From Clostridia bacterium (GTDB taxonomy: Bacteria > Bacillota > Clostridia > Monoglobales > Monoglobaceae), in NCBI GenBank assembly GCA_045580025.1, contig JAZNNB010000030.1:17891-81890 (forward strand): a stretch of 64,000 nt of DNA, read 5' to 3'. Below the pieces are notes generated by a model. The model ran no database searches. It had not been told where the DNA came from and was given only the letters and a program-made list of their open reading frames with translations. Shown here piece after piece: positions 47,195 to 56,538 of this stretch (positions are counted from its first letter, which is position 1; each line of letters opens with the position of its first letter). A program made the position numbers and the translations under genes.

Positions 47195-47790
47195 AGTTCC
47201 ACACGCCACAAAATAGCCTTTGCCAAAGTCATCTCATCAGCAAACTCAAGCTCACCGCCCACGGGCACTCCGTGAGCAATTCTGGTGACTTTGATGCCAA
47301 AAGGCTTTATAAGTTTTGAAATATACATAGCAGTTGTTTCGCCCTCAAGGTTTGGGTTTGTCGCCATAATAACCTCGCTAACGCTTCCCTCTGCAATCCT
47401 TGTCATAAGCTCTTTTATTCTTATATCCTCGGGACCTATATTGTCCATAGGCGAAATCGCACCATGAAGAACGTGATAAGTACCCTTAAACTCATTGGTC
47501 TTTTCCATTTGAATTACATCTCTGGGATTTTCAACAACACAAATAACGCCCTTGTCTCGAGCAGGATTTTTGCACACACTGCAAGTTTCCTTGTCGGAAA
47601 AATTCTGACAGATTTTGCAATAAGAAATCTTTTCCTTGGCATCAACAATAGCATTTGCAAACCTCTGTGCAGACTCTTTGGGAAGATTAAGCACGTGATA
47701 CGCAAGCCTCTGTGCAGTTTTGCTCCCTATCCCAGGCAGTTTTTGAAATTCCTCTATTAGATTTTGAAGTGGCGAAACATAATAATCCAT
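47191..47790 (-). CDS. recR: Recombination protein RecR
   Basis: HhH motif [14 protein letters not shown]4 zinc finger [16 protein letters not shown], Toprim domain. Confidence 0.96.
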   Translation of the reverse strand: MDYYVSPLQNLIEEFQKLPGIGSKTAQRLAYHVLNLPKESAQRFANAIVDAKEKISYCKICQNFSDKETCSVCKNPARDKGVICVVENPRDVIQMEKTNEFKGTYHVLHGAISPMDNIGPEDIRIKELMTRIAEGSVSEVIMATNPNLEGETTAMYISKLIKPFGIKVTRIAHGVPVGGELEFADEMTLAKAILWRVEL

Positions 47791-47810
47791 TTTCAAAAAA
47801 TCCTTTCAAC

Positions 47811-47874
47811 AGAAAAAATCTGCTTCCGAAATCGGTATAACTCTGGTGCTATAAGCACCAAAGCTCAGCAGATT
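47811..47874 (-). terminator. Compound stem-loop with T-run upstream of recR; probable terminator of the metK unit
   Basis: On the minus strand, outer stem AATCTGCT / AGCAGATT encloses hairpin ggtgct-ata-agcacc and is followed by TTTTTTCT. Confidence 0.55.
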
Positions 47875-47892
47875 TTATCCAAAGTACTGTTT

Positions 47893-48336
47893 TTATTTCA
47901 CAAATTCAAGAGTGTTTGTTTCTGCATTGAATTTAGCATCAAAGCCAAAGTAGGCAGCCGCAACGCTTGCAGGCATATAGGTTCTTCCCTGTTCATTATT
48001 AAGAAAAACCGCCTTTTCCATCTGGACCTTGTTGCCATTTTCAATGAGGTTTGCAAAGAACAGATTGTTGTCCACCTGAAGAACAATCATAGCACCCTTT
48101 TCGTCAGCACCCATAACAAGACGTTCTGCATCTGTCCATCCTATCTGATATCCAAAATATTCAAAGATAAATCTGATAGGAATAAAAACCGTGTTTTCAA
48201 CAGTTGTAACCTCACCAAAGCCCTCTGCAATTTCAATCTTTTTACCGTCAATCACAACCTCATTGGATGCAGCAAGAGCTGAAACCGAACTCAAAACTAC
48301 GCACAAAAACAAAACAAGTGAAACAATTTTTTTCAT
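47893..48336 (-). CDS. Secreted small protein with a copper-amine-oxidase N-terminal-like (stalk) domain
   Basis: GGAGG upstream of ATG 48336. Signal peptide MKKIVSLVLFLCVVLSSVSALAA, then VFIPIRFIFEYFGYQIGW and YMPASVAAAYFGF motifs. The track start at 48486 lies inside metK. Confidence 0.7.
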   Translation of the reverse strand: MKKIVSLVLFLCVVLSSVSALAASNEVVIDGKKIEIAEGFGEVTTVENTVFIPIRFIFEYFGYQIGWTDAERLVMGADEKGAMIVLQVDNNLFFANLIENGNKVQMEKAVFLNNEQGRTYMPASVAAAYFGFDAKFNAETNTLEFVK

Positions 48337-48361
48337 AACAAAGTGACCTCCATTTAAAAAC

Positions 48362-49546
48362 TTAAAGCTTTGCCATTTCCGAAAGCATCTGTGCTTTATC
48401 TGTTTTCTCCCAAGGAAGGTCCACGTCACATCTTCCAAAGTGACCATAGGCCGCGGTCTGTTTGTAAATAGGACGTCTGAGGTCAAGCATATTTATAATT
48501 CCGCTGGGAGTAAGGTCAAACACCTTTTCCACAATTTCAGAAATCTTTTCCTCACTGATTTTGCCAGTTCCGAAAGTATCGATTCTGAGAGATACAGGCT
48601 TTGCTACACCGATTGAATAGGCAAGCTGCACCTCACAGGATTTTGCAAGACCTGCTGCCACAAGGTTCTTTGCCACATATCTTGCGGCATATGCTGCACT
48701 GCGGTCAACTTTCGTGGGGTCTTTTCCTGAAAAAGCACCGCCGCCGTGGCGGGCATATCCGCCATAGGTGTCAACAATAATTTTTCTTCCGGTATGTCCT
48801 GAGTCACCCTGAGGCCCGCCGATAACAAATCTGCCGGTGGGGTTAATGAAAATCTTTGTGTCCTCATCCATCAGTTCTTCGGGGACAGTTGCGCGGATAA
48901 CTTTTTCTTCAATATCACGTCTCAAGGTTTCCATTGGAACATTTTCATCGTGCTGGCTTGAAACAACCACCGCATCAATACGCTTAACAGTTCCGTCCTC
49001 ATTATATTCTGCCGTAACTTGAGTCTTTCCGTCAGGCCTGAGGTATGGCAACGTTCCGTTCTTTCTGACTTCGGTGAGCTTTCTTGCCATTTTGTGAGCA
49101 AGGTCAATAGCAAGCGGCATAAAGCTCTCGGTTTCGTCGCAAGCAAAGCCAAACATCATTCCTTGGTCACCTGCACCAAGACCTTTTTCCGCATCACCTT
49201 CTTTTGACTCAAGGGCTTCGTCAACACCAAGAGCAATATCAGCTGACTGTTTGTCAAGGGCACAGATAACACCGCAGGTGTCACAGTCAAAACCGTATTT
49301 TGCACGGGTATAACCAACCTCACGCACAGCCTCTCTGACAATGTGCTGAATGTCAATGTTTGCAGTAGTGCTTATTTCACCCACCACAACCACAAGTCCT
49401 GTGGTAACTGTAACCTCACAAGCAACACGCGCGAGTGGGTCTTGTTCATAAATCGCATCAAGCACAGCATCCGAAATTATATCGGAAATTTTGTCAGGAT
49501 GCCCTTCGGTAACAGATTCTGAAGTAAACAGCTTTTTGTATCCCAT
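48362..49546 (-). CDS. metK: S-adenosylmethionine synthase
   Basis: [23 protein letters not shown] and GGGAFSGKD motifs. Confidence 0.98.
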   Translation of the reverse strand: MGYKKLFTSESVTEGHPDKISDIISDAVLDAIYEQDPLARVACEVTVTTGLVVVVGEISTTANIDIQHIVREAVREVGYTRAKYGFDCDTCGVICALDKQSADIALGVDEALESKEGDAEKGLGAGDQGMMFGFACDETESFMPLAIDLAHKMARKLTEVRKNGTLPYLRPDGKTQVTAEYNEDGTVKRIDAVVVSSQHDENVPMETLRRDIEEKVIRATVPEELMDEDTKIFINPTGRFVIGGPQGDSGHTGRKIIVDTYGGYARHGGGAFSGKDPTKVDRSAAYAARYVAKNLVAAGLAKSCEVQLAYSIGVAKPVSLRIDTFGTGKISEEKISEIVEKVFDLTPSGIINMLDLRRPIYKQTAAYGHFGRCDVDLPWEKTDKAQMLSEMAKL

Positions 49547-49637
49547 TTGTTTTTTCCTCCTGTATATTTATCGTCTTTAATTAAAGACAGTGCAAAGTCA
49601 ATATTCCAAAATGCTTATACACATTCTTTCACTATGC

Positions 49638-49666
49638 ATTATACCCTTTTTCTCTTTTCCTGTCAA
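49638..49666 (-). promoter_or_regulatory. Consensus sigma-A promoter of metK
   Basis: Minus strand: TTGACA (49666-49661), 17-nt spacer, TATAAT (49643-49638). This predicts a leader of about 85 nt. Confidence 0.65.
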
Positions 49667-49708
49667 CCATAAAAACCCTATATTTCAACAGATTTCCCCC
49701 CAAATCCC

Positions 49709-49737
49709 TTGACAATGTTTTGCAAAAATTATAAAAT
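49709..49737 (+). promoter_or_regulatory. Sigma-A promoter of the 49779 membrane-protein gene
   Basis: TTGACA (49709-49714), 17-nt spacer, TAAAAT (49732-49737). It stands back-to-back with the metK promoter. Confidence 0.6.
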
Positions 49738-49778
49738 ATTACAAAGTACAATAATAATTTTCTCAGGAGATGTTTATT

Positions 49779-50318
49779 ATGAAAAAAAGTTTTAACACAA
49801 AAGATATGGCTATCACTGCATTGCTTATTGCATTTGGTATTATAATTCCTACTATGTTCAGCGGTCTCAGAGTATATCTTCCACCGTTCTCTGCTACTTT
49901 GACTGCTCATGTTCCCGTTTTTGTGGCTATGTTCATTTCGCCTATGTCCGCGATTTTCACAAGTCTTGGGACAACAGTAGGCTTTATTTTTGCAGGTCTT
50001 GACCCGGCTGTTACCGCACGTGCTTTTTCACATATCATTTTTGCTTTTTTAGGCGCTCTTATGATTAAGAAAAACAACAGCATTATCTTAGTGGGTGCGG
50101 TTACTATGGCTCTTCACGCACTTTTTGAAGCTCTTGTTTCATTGCTTTTCTTAAGCACAGGCTGGTCAGCATCAAACGGAAATATGTTTTACATAGCTTT
50201 TTACGTGACCGGTATAGGAACTCTCGTTCATCATATAATAGATTATATAATTGCCATCATTTTGGTTACTGCGCTCTCGAGAACAAAGGCAATTAAAAAA
50301 CTACCCCGTCTTTTCTAA
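49779..50318 (+). CDS. Small polytopic membrane protein resembling an ECF-transporter S component; substrate unknown
   Basis: AGGAGA lies 8 nt upstream of ATG 49779. It is about 180 aa with 5-6 TM segments and an S-component-like size and topology. No ECF A/T genes occur in the window. Confidence 0.55.
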   Translation: MKKSFNTKDMAITALLIAFGIIIPTMFSGLRVYLPPFSATLTAHVPVFVAMFISPMSAIFTSLGTTVGFIFAGLDPAVTARAFSHIIFAFLGALMIKKNNSIILVGAVTMALHALFEALVSLLFLSTGWSASNGNMFYIAFYVTGIGTLVHHIIDYIIAIILVTALSRTKAIKKLPRLF

Positions 50319-50338
50319 ATTCCAAAAGGAGTGATGTT

Positions 50339-50950
50339 ATGGCAAGCATTGAAAACAGTGCCCTTTTCAAAATAAGCTATGGTCTTTTTGTGGTTACCTC
50401 AAATGACGGCACAAGGGACAACGGTCTCATTGTAAACACCGTTTCTCAAATCACCGACACGCCCCAAAGGGTTATTGTCGCTATCAACAAAAAGAATTAT
50501 TCCCACGACACCATAAAGAAAACGGGAAAAATGAACGTTTGCTGTTTATCTGTGGATGCACCCTTTTCTGTGTTTGAAACCTTTGGTTTTAAAAGCGGAC
50601 GTGATTCTTATAAATTTGAAGGCATAACCCCGCTTCGCTCGGAAAACAGCCTTGCAGTTCTGCCCGAATTTATCAACAGCTTTATCTCTCTCGAGGTTGA
50701 AAGTTATATAGATATGGGCTCTCACGGGATGTTTATCTGTACCATTTCTGAAGCAAAGACCATATCCGATAAAGAAAGTATGACCTACACATATTATCAG
50801 AAAAATGTAAAACCAAAGCCGGAGAAAGCAAAATCCAAAGGCTATGTCTGCAAGGTTTGCGGTTATGTCTATGAGGGTGACCCCCTCCCAGACGACTTTA
50901 TTTGCCCTTGGTGCAAGCACGGTGCAAGTGACTTTGAAAAGTATAAATAA
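50339..50950 (+). CDS. Flavin reductase-like domain fused to a C-terminal rubredoxin (high-molecular-weight rubredoxin type)
   Basis: N-terminal flavin-reductase-like fold (LFKISYGLFVVTSNDGTRDNGLIVNTVSQ). The C-terminus has the rubredoxin pairs CKVCGYVYEG...CPWCKHG. Confidence 0.85.
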   Translation: MASIENSALFKISYGLFVVTSNDGTRDNGLIVNTVSQITDTPQRVIVAINKKNYSHDTIKKTGKMNVCCLSVDAPFSVFETFGFKSGRDSYKFEGITPLRSENSLAVLPEFINSFISLEVESYIDMGSHGMFICTISEAKTISDKESMTYTYYQKNVKPKPEKAKSKGYVCKVCGYVYEGDPLPDDFICPWCKHGASDFEKYK

Positions 50951-50983
50951 AAAACTCTGCCTATATAGGCAGAGTTTTTTATT
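50951..50983 (+). terminator. Rho-independent terminator
   Basis: Stem aaaactctgcc / ggcagagtttt with a tatata loop and a T-run. Confidence 0.85.
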
Positions 50984-51060
50984 TGGCGTCGTTAAGAGGA
51001 TTCGAACCTCCGACCTACCGCTTAGGAGGCGGTCGCTCTATCCTGCTGAGCTATAACGAC
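50984..51060 (-). tRNA. tRNA-Arg (anticodon CCT), CCA encoded
   Basis: The reverse complement folds as a cloverleaf. Acceptor GTCGTTA/TAACGAC, D arm GCTC..GAGC, anticodon stem ACCGC/GCGGT with loop CTCCTAA, T arm GGAGG-TTCGAAT-CCTCT, discriminator G, then CCA. Length 77 nt. Confidence 0.93.
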
Positions 51061-51112
51061 AAGTTTTCACAAAACTTATTCTATCACACCTTAAAGGGTT
51101 TATCAAGCTTTT

Positions 51113-52231
51113 TTACACAAAATCACTTAAAATTATATTGCTCACAAAAAAGCCCTCATTTGAAAATCGTATGCACCCATTCTCTCGTATCAGATGCTTG
51201 GTTTTTGTATATTTTTCAAGTGCCGTGCCAAAGACTTCATCAATATTTATTCCAAACCGTGACGAAAATTCCGCTTCCCTTATTCCATCTGTCATCCGAA
51301 GACCAAGAAAAACAAATTCACTCATCAAATCAAACTTGGACAAATCTTCACGCATAATCTCTGCGCTTTTGTCTTTTTCTATTTTCTCAATATATTCTGA
51401 AATACCAAGTGCGTTTGAAAACCGTTTTCTATTCATACACGAAAAAGCACCTGCCCCAAGACCAAGAAACTCATCACATCGCCAATATTTTTCGTTGTGC
51501 TTTGAGGTCTTATCTTCTTTTGCAAAATTTGAAATTTCATAACGCCTGTATCCTGCATTTGCCAACTTTTTAACCGCCAAATCGTACATATCAGCAACAA
51601 GGTCATCATCAGGAAGGCTCAAATCCATATCCCAAAAAGGCGTGCCCTCTTCAACTTTCAATGAATAGCAGGAAATATGTTCAGCCCCAAAACGCACCGC
51701 CTCATCAAGTGTATTCTCCCAATCCGAAATTGTCATCTCGGGAAGCCCATACATAAGGTCAAGGGATATGTTTTGAAATCCCGCTTCTCTCGCATTTTGG
51801 AAACAACTCTTAAAATCCTCAAAGGAATGTATTCTCCCAAGTTTCCTGAGAAAATTATCACAAGTAGACTGAAGACCAACACTGAGACGGTTTATGCCTG
51901 CATCTTTAAGTTTCACAAGTCCATCAAAACCGATTGTTTTGGGATTACACTCTATCGTAATCTCCGCATCGGGAGCTATTTCAAAGCACTCTTTCAGTCG
52001 CAAAAGGGTATCGCAGATATATTCTGGGTCAACAGCCGTTGGTGTTCCCCCGCCAAAGTAAACAGTGTCATACTTTTTGGGATAACGCCCCGACTGAATT
52101 TTTACTTCTTCAAAAAGGGCAGAAAAATAGGACTCTATAAAGCTTTCCGATTTTGCATAAGAATTGAAGTCGCAATAAAGACACTTGCTTTTGCAAAAAG
52201 GAATGTGAATATAAAGTCCTGCGTTTTTCAT
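51113..52231 (-). CDS. hemW: Radical-SAM heme chaperone HemW (HemN-like)
   Basis: LYIHIPFCKSKCLYCDF radical-SAM motif and an HemN_C-like tail. ATG 52231 follows AGGAGA. Confidence 0.9.
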   Translation of the reverse strand: MKNAGLYIHIPFCKSKCLYCDFNSYAKSESFIESYFSALFEEVKIQSGRYPKKYDTVYFGGGTPTAVDPEYICDTLLRLKECFEIAPDAEITIECNPKTIGFDGLVKLKDAGINRLSVGLQSTCDNFLRKLGRIHSFEDFKSCFQNAREAGFQNISLDLMYGLPEMTISDWENTLDEAVRFGAEHISCYSLKVEEGTPFWDMDLSLPDDDLVADMYDLAVKKLANAGYRRYEISNFAKEDKTSKHNEKYWRCDEFLGLGAGAFSCMNRKRFSNALGISEYIEKIEKDKSAEIMREDLSKFDLMSEFVFLGLRMTDGIREAEFSSRFGINIDEVFGTALEKYTKTKHLIRENGCIRFSNEGFFVSNIILSDFV

Positions 52232-52269
52232 TATTTCTCCTATCGGCAGAAAATATGCCATCTTTAAAT

Positions 52270-54075
52270 TTAATCCAGCTTGAGCACTGACATAAACGCC
52301 TCTTGCGGCACTTCCACCGAGCCCACCTGACGCATACGTTTTTTGCCCTCTTTTTGTTTTTCCAGGAGCTTATTCTTTCTGGTGATGTCACCGCCGTAGC
52401 ATTTTGCAAGAACGTCCTTTCGCATAGCACGAACGGTTTCACGGGCAATAATCTTGCTGCCCACCGCCGCCTGAATAGGAATTTCAAACAGCTGACGGGG
52501 TATTGAATCTTTCAGCTTTTCAGCAATTCGTCTGCCACGGGCATAAGCCTTTTCCTTGTGAACGATGAACGAAAGTGCGTCCACCATATCACCATTAAGC
52601 AAAATATCAAGCTTCACAAGGTCAGACTTCTGATAATCTTTCATTTCATAATCAAAAGACGCATAACCGCGAGTCCTTGACTTGAGAGCGTCAAAGAAAT
52701 CGTAAATAATTTCATTGAGAGGAAGCTCATACTTAAGGGTTACACGGTTTTCATCAAGATAAGTCATATCAATATAAGTTCCGCGTCTCTCCTGACAAAG
52801 TTCCATAATGCTTCCCACAAATTCCTTGGGGGTCATTATATTTGCCGCAACAATAGGTTCTTTCATATAGTCAATTTCCTGAGCCTCAGGAAGATTTGTA
52901 GGGTTTGAAATTGTCAGCATTGTACCATCGGTTTTGTATACTTGATATTCAACCGAGGGGGCTGTGGTAACCAAATCAAGATTATATTCACGCTCTAAGC
53001 GTTCCTGAATAATTTCCATATGCAAGAGTCCAAGAAAGCCGCATCTGAAACCAAATCCCAGAGCAACCGAGGTTTCAGCATCAAACTGAAGTGCCGCATC
53101 GTTGAGTTGAAGCTTTTCAAGGGCATCTCTCAAATCGTTGTATCTCGCGCCATCTGCGGGATAAACGCCCGAATAAACCATAGGCTTTACTTCCTTATAT
53201 CCGGGAAGCGCTTCAATCGCACCGCCTTTCGAAAGCGTCACCGTGTCACCAACTCGAACATCACGGACATTTTTAATGCTGGCAGCGATATATCCAACCT
53301 CGCCCGCCTTGATTTCTTTGGAAGCAAGCACACCAAGGGGATTGAGATAACCCACCTCAACAACATCAAAGGTGCTTCCGCTTGACATCATCTTTATTGT
53401 GTCGCCGACTTTCAGCTTTCCGTCAACCACACGGACATAAGCAATAACACCCTTATAGCTGTCATAATATGAGTCAAAAATCAAGGCTTTAAATGGAGCA
53501 CTCTCATCACCTGACGGTGGCGGAACGTCCTCTACTATCCTTTCAAGAACTGCCTCGATATTTATACCATTCTTTGCCGAAACCAAAGGCGCATTCTCGG
53601 CATCAATGCCAATAACGTCCTCGATTTCCTGCTTGACAACCTCGGGCTGCGCCGATGGCAAGTCTATTTTGTTTATTACAGGAACAAGCTCCAAATCGTG
53701 CTCCAGTGCAAGATATGTGTTAGCAAGAGTCTGTGCCTCAATTCCCTGAGCTGCATCCACAATCAAAATTGCACCCTCACAAGCAGCTAAGCTTCTGGAC
53801 ACTTCATAGTTAAAGTCCACGTGCCCTGGTGTATCTATAAGATTGAGAACATACTTTTCCCCATTCTTTGCCGAGTACAAGAGTCTTACCGCACGAGCCT
53901 TTATGGTTATTCCGCGTTCTTTTTCAAGGTCCATATTGTCAAGAATCTGGTCCTGCATTTCACGGTTAGTGAGGGAATCAGTCATCTCCAAAAGACGGTC
54001 AGCCAGTGTGGACTTTCCGTGGTCAATATGTGCAATAATCGAAAAATTTCGTATGTTCTTCTGGTATTCGTTCAT
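52270..54075 (-). CDS. lepA: Translation elongation factor 4
   Basis: [25 protein letters not shown], and the LepA-specific C-terminal domain; 601 aa. Confidence 0.98.
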   Translation of the reverse strand: MNEYQKNIRNFSIIAHIDHGKSTLADRLLEMTDSLTNREMQDQILDNMDLEKERGITIKARAVRLLYSAKNGEKYVLNLIDTPGHVDFNYEVSRSLAACEGAILIVDAAQGIEAQTLANTYLALEHDLELVPVINKIDLPSAQPEVVKQEIEDVIGIDAENAPLVSAKNGINIEAVLERIVEDVPPPSGDESAPFKALIFDSYYDSYKGVIAYVRVVDGKLKVGDTIKMMSSGSTFDVVEVGYLNPLGVLASKEIKAGEVGYIAASIKNVRDVRVGDTVTLSKGGAIEALPGYKEVKPMVYSGVYPADGARYNDLRDALEKLQLNDAALQFDAETSVALGFGFRCGFLGLLHMEIIQERLEREYNLDLVTTAPSVEYQVYKTDGTMLTISNPTNLPEAQEIDYMKEPIVAANIMTPKEFVGSIMELCQERRGTYIDMTYLDENRVTLKYELPLNEIIYDFFDALKSRTRGYASFDYEMKDYQKSDLVKLDILLNGDMVDALSFIVHKEKAYARGRRIAEKLKDSIPRQLFEIPIQAAVGSKIIARETVRAMRKDVLAKCYGGDITRKNKLLEKQKEGKKRMRQVGSVEVPQEAFMSVLKLD

Positions 54076-54104
54076 CTTGTTTTTCCTTCCGAAAAAATTG
54101 TAAA

Positions 54105-55118
54105 TTATCCTTTATATCCGTTGGGATTTTGCTGCTGCCATCTCCATCCGTCAGCACACATATCCTCCAGAGTTTTTTTCGCTTCGAAACCAATTTCTTC
54201 TTTTGCTTTCTTGGGGTCTGCAAAACAAGCATCAATATCCCCTGGTCTGCGAGCTTCAATCTGGTAGGGAAGTTCTCTTCCACAAGCTTTCGAAAAAGCT
54301 TTTATCATATCAAGCACGCTATAGCCTTGACCCGTACCAAGATTGTATGTAACAACCCCTGATTTCTTTGAAATTTTTTCAAGGGCACGAAGGTGGCCGT
54401 CAGCAAGGTCAATAACGTGAATATAGTCACGCACACCCGTGCCGTCAGGCGTGTCATAATCACCTCCGAAAACATGAACCATGTCACGCTTGCCCACCGC
54501 AACCTGAGCAATGTATGGCATAAGGTTGTTGGGTATACCCTGTGGGTCTTCGCCAATGAGCCCACTTTCGTGAGCGCCTACGGGATTGAAATATCTTAAG
54601 ATTGCAATGTCCCAATCCGGGTCAGCAACAGCCAAATCCCGAAGAATTTCTTCAATCATAAGCTTTGTCCTGCCATAAGGATTTGTGCACGAAAGCGGAA
54701 AGTCCTCACAAATCGGGACGGTATGGGGTTTTCCATAAACCGTAGCTGATGAACTGAACACCAATCTTTTAACACCAAACTCACTCATAAGCTCACAAAG
54801 ATTGACTGTGCTGAAAATGTTATTGTGATAATACCAAAGAGGCTTTGCAACCGACTCGCCAACAGCTTTAAGCCCAGCAAAATGAATAGCCGCATCAAAC
54901 TTGTTTTCCTCAAAAACGCGTCTCAAAGCCTCCTTTTCTACCATATCTATTTCATAAAACTTTATAGCCTTTCCTGTAATCTTTTCAACTCTTTTAAGAG
55001 CTTCCTCTGAGCTATTTGAAAGGTTGTCAACCACTGTAACCTCGTATCCCGCCTCAAGAAGCTGAACACAAGTGTGACTGCCTATATAACCTGCACCGCC
55101 AGTAACCAAAATATGCAT
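54105..55118 (-). CDS. galE: UDP-glucose 4-epimerase
   Basis: [11 protein letters not shown] Rossmann motif, YGRTK catalytic motif (YxxxK), 337 aa. Confidence 0.93.
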   Translation of the reverse strand: MHILVTGGAGYIGSHTCVQLLEAGYEVTVVDNLSNSSEEALKRVEKITGKAIKFYEIDMVEKEALRRVFEENKFDAAIHFAGLKAVGESVAKPLWYYHNNIFSTVNLCELMSEFGVKRLVFSSSATVYGKPHTVPICEDFPLSCTNPYGRTKLMIEEILRDLAVADPDWDIAILRYFNPVGAHESGLIGEDPQGIPNNLMPYIAQVAVGKRDMVHVFGGDYDTPDGTGVRDYIHVIDLADGHLRALEKISKKSGVVTYNLGTGQGYSVLDMIKAFSKACGRELPYQIEARRPGDIDACFADPKKAKEEIGFEAKKTLEDMCADGWRWQQQNPNGYKG

Positions 55119-55168
55119 AATCCATACCTCCGCTTTATTTTTTCACAACATATTTATTTTGAAATTAC

Positions 55169-55197
55169 ATTTTAGCACACTTTCCCCAAAATTTCAA
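55169..55197 (-). promoter_or_regulatory. Candidate sigma-A promoter of galE-lepA-hemW
   Basis: Minus strand: TTGAAA (55197-55192), 17-nt spacer, TAAAAT (55174-55169) with an extended TGc. Confidence 0.5.
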
Positions 55198-55331
55198 GTG
55201 TTTTAAGCGCCTTCCCCTATCCCGCAAAAAACTTTGGTGCCAAGCAGTACCATTTTTATACTTTCGTCTGATTATATGCTATGATTATAATGGGATGTGA
55301 AAGCATCCCACGGCTCATTGTCGCTACACAA

Positions 55332-55368
55332 ACACACAAGGGAACGGAATTTCCGTTCCCTTGTGTGT
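55332..55368 (-). terminator. Long perfect palindrome after rpoD (terminator)
   Basis: acacacaagggaacggaa-t-ttccgttcccttgtgtgt, with 18-nt perfect arms. The U-tract is weak. A second hairpin, tgggatg..catccca, lies at 55291-55310. Confidence 0.75.
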
Positions 55369-55375
55369 TATATCA

Positions 55376-56524
55376 TTATTCAAGATAATCCTTAAGCTTT
55401 TTGCTGCGGCTTGGGTGTCTGAGTTTTCTCAGTGCCTTTGCCTCAATCTGACGAATTCTTTCACGGGTAACGTTGAATTCCTTACCCACTTCTTCAAGAG
55501 TCCTTGCCCTGCCATTGTCAAGACCAAAACGGAGTCTCAAAACCTTTTCTTCACGGGGTGTAAGGGTACTCAAAACATCCATCATCTGTTCTTTGAGAAG
55601 CCTGAACGTAGCCGCATCCTGAGGTGCAGGAGTTTCGTTGTCCTGAATGAAATCCTGAAGCGAGCTGTCTTCCTCTTCACCTATAGGTGTTTCAAGGGAC
55701 ACAGGTTCCTGCGCAATTTTCATAATTTCGCCTATTTTATCGATTGGCATATTGAGTTCCTTTGCAACTTCTTCAGGGAGTGGGTCACGTCCAAGCTCCT
55801 GAACAAGCTGTCTTGTAACTCTTATAAACTTGTTAATTGTTTCAACCATATGAACGGGAATTCTTATGGTTCTTGCCTGGTCGGCAATAGCACGGGTAAT
55901 CGCCTGTCTTATCCACCAGGTAGCATAAGTACTGAATTTGTAGCCTTTTGTATAGTCAAACTTTTCAACAGCTTTTATAAGACCAAGATTTCCCTCTTGA
56001 ATAAGGTCCAAAAACAACATTCCGCGACCAACATAGCGTTTAGCGATGCTTACAACAAGTCTGAGGTTTGCTTCGGCCAGGCGGTGCTTTGCATCAGCAT
56101 CACCGTCAACCATTTTCTGTGCAAGCTCAGCTTCTTCCGCTCCTGAAAGAAGCGGCACCTTTCCGATTTCCTTTAGGTACATACGAACAGGGTCGTCAAT
56201 GCTTACGCTGTCAGGCACAGACAAATCAGCAAGCTCATCCTCGGTAATTTCAAAATCGTCATCTTCTTCAAGCTCAGGAATCTCATCACCGAAATTTCCA
56301 ACAATCTCAATTCCCTGCTTTTCAATGAAATCATAAATTCTCTCAATCTGTACAGGGTCCATTTCAACAGCTTCAAGTTTTGCGGAAATATCACTATATG
56401 AAAGCTCGCCGTTTTTCTTGCCCAGCTCAACCAATTCCTGAACCGCTTGTTTTTGCATATCCTTGGTTGTAGGGGTCTTTTTTGTTTCCTCTGCTGCCTT
56501 TGCAGCGTTTTCCTTTTTAGCCAT
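55376..56524 (-). CDS. rpoD: Primary RNA polymerase sigma factor (sigma-A / sigma-70)
   Basis: Regions 1.2 to 4.2 are recognisable ([48 protein letters not shown]). Confidence 0.98.
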   Translation of the reverse strand: MAKKENAAKAAEETKKTPTTKDMQKQAVQELVELGKKNGELSYSDISAKLEAVEMDPVQIERIYDFIEKQGIEIVGNFGDEIPELEEDDDFEITEDELADLSVPDSVSIDDPVRMYLKEIGKVPLLSGAEEAELAQKMVDGDADAKHRLAEANLRLVVSIAKRYVGRGMLFLDLIQEGNLGLIKAVEKFDYTKGYKFSTYATWWIRQAITRAIADQARTIRIPVHMVETINKFIRVTRQLVQELGRDPLPEEVAKELNMPIDKIGEIMKIAQEPVSLETPIGEEEDSSLQDFIQDNETPAPQDAATFRLLKEQMMDVLSTLTPREEKVLRLRFGLDNGRARTLEEVGKEFNVTRERIRQIEAKALRKLRHPSRSKKLKDYLE

Positions 56525-56538
56525 AAATCTTCGCCTTT

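Noticed and set aside
47797-47892. A possible small SRP RNA (ffs) upstream of recR, suggested by the usual ffs-dnaX-ybaB-recR synteny and a CGGAAGCAG string resembling the SRP domain IV motif
   Set aside because: The hairpin loop next to the motif is ATTT rather than a GNRA tetraloop. The 5' symmetric-loop partner sequence is absent, and 96 nt is too short for the Bacillus/Clostridium-type SRP RNA. The structure ends in a T-run and is better explained as a terminator. A cmsearch with the Rfam SRP models would settle it.
49547-49637. A SAM-I (S-box) or SMK riboswitch in the metK leader
   Set aside because: None of the conserved S-box helices or the kink-turn GA motif can be found by eye. The leader is short and AT-rich, and the Shine-Dalgarno is not obviously paired. 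I kept this as a low-interest finding because the absence is itself unusual.
50984-51112. The tRNA-Arg(CCT) gene as an integration hotspot or genomic-island boundary
   Set aside because: There is no integrase, no direct repeat of the tRNA 3' end nearby, and no mobile genes. Both flanks are ordinary genes (the rubredoxin fusion and hemW-lepA).
55361-56146. A 261-aa plus-strand ORF antisense to rpoD. Similar shadow ORFs occur at 41411-42064 (antisense to trmFO), 6254-6832, 19933-20460, 47764-48282 and 51677-52267.
   Set aside because: All are fully embedded in confidently identified genes on the opposite strand. None has an RBS, and all have implausible composition. I treat them as shadow ORFs.
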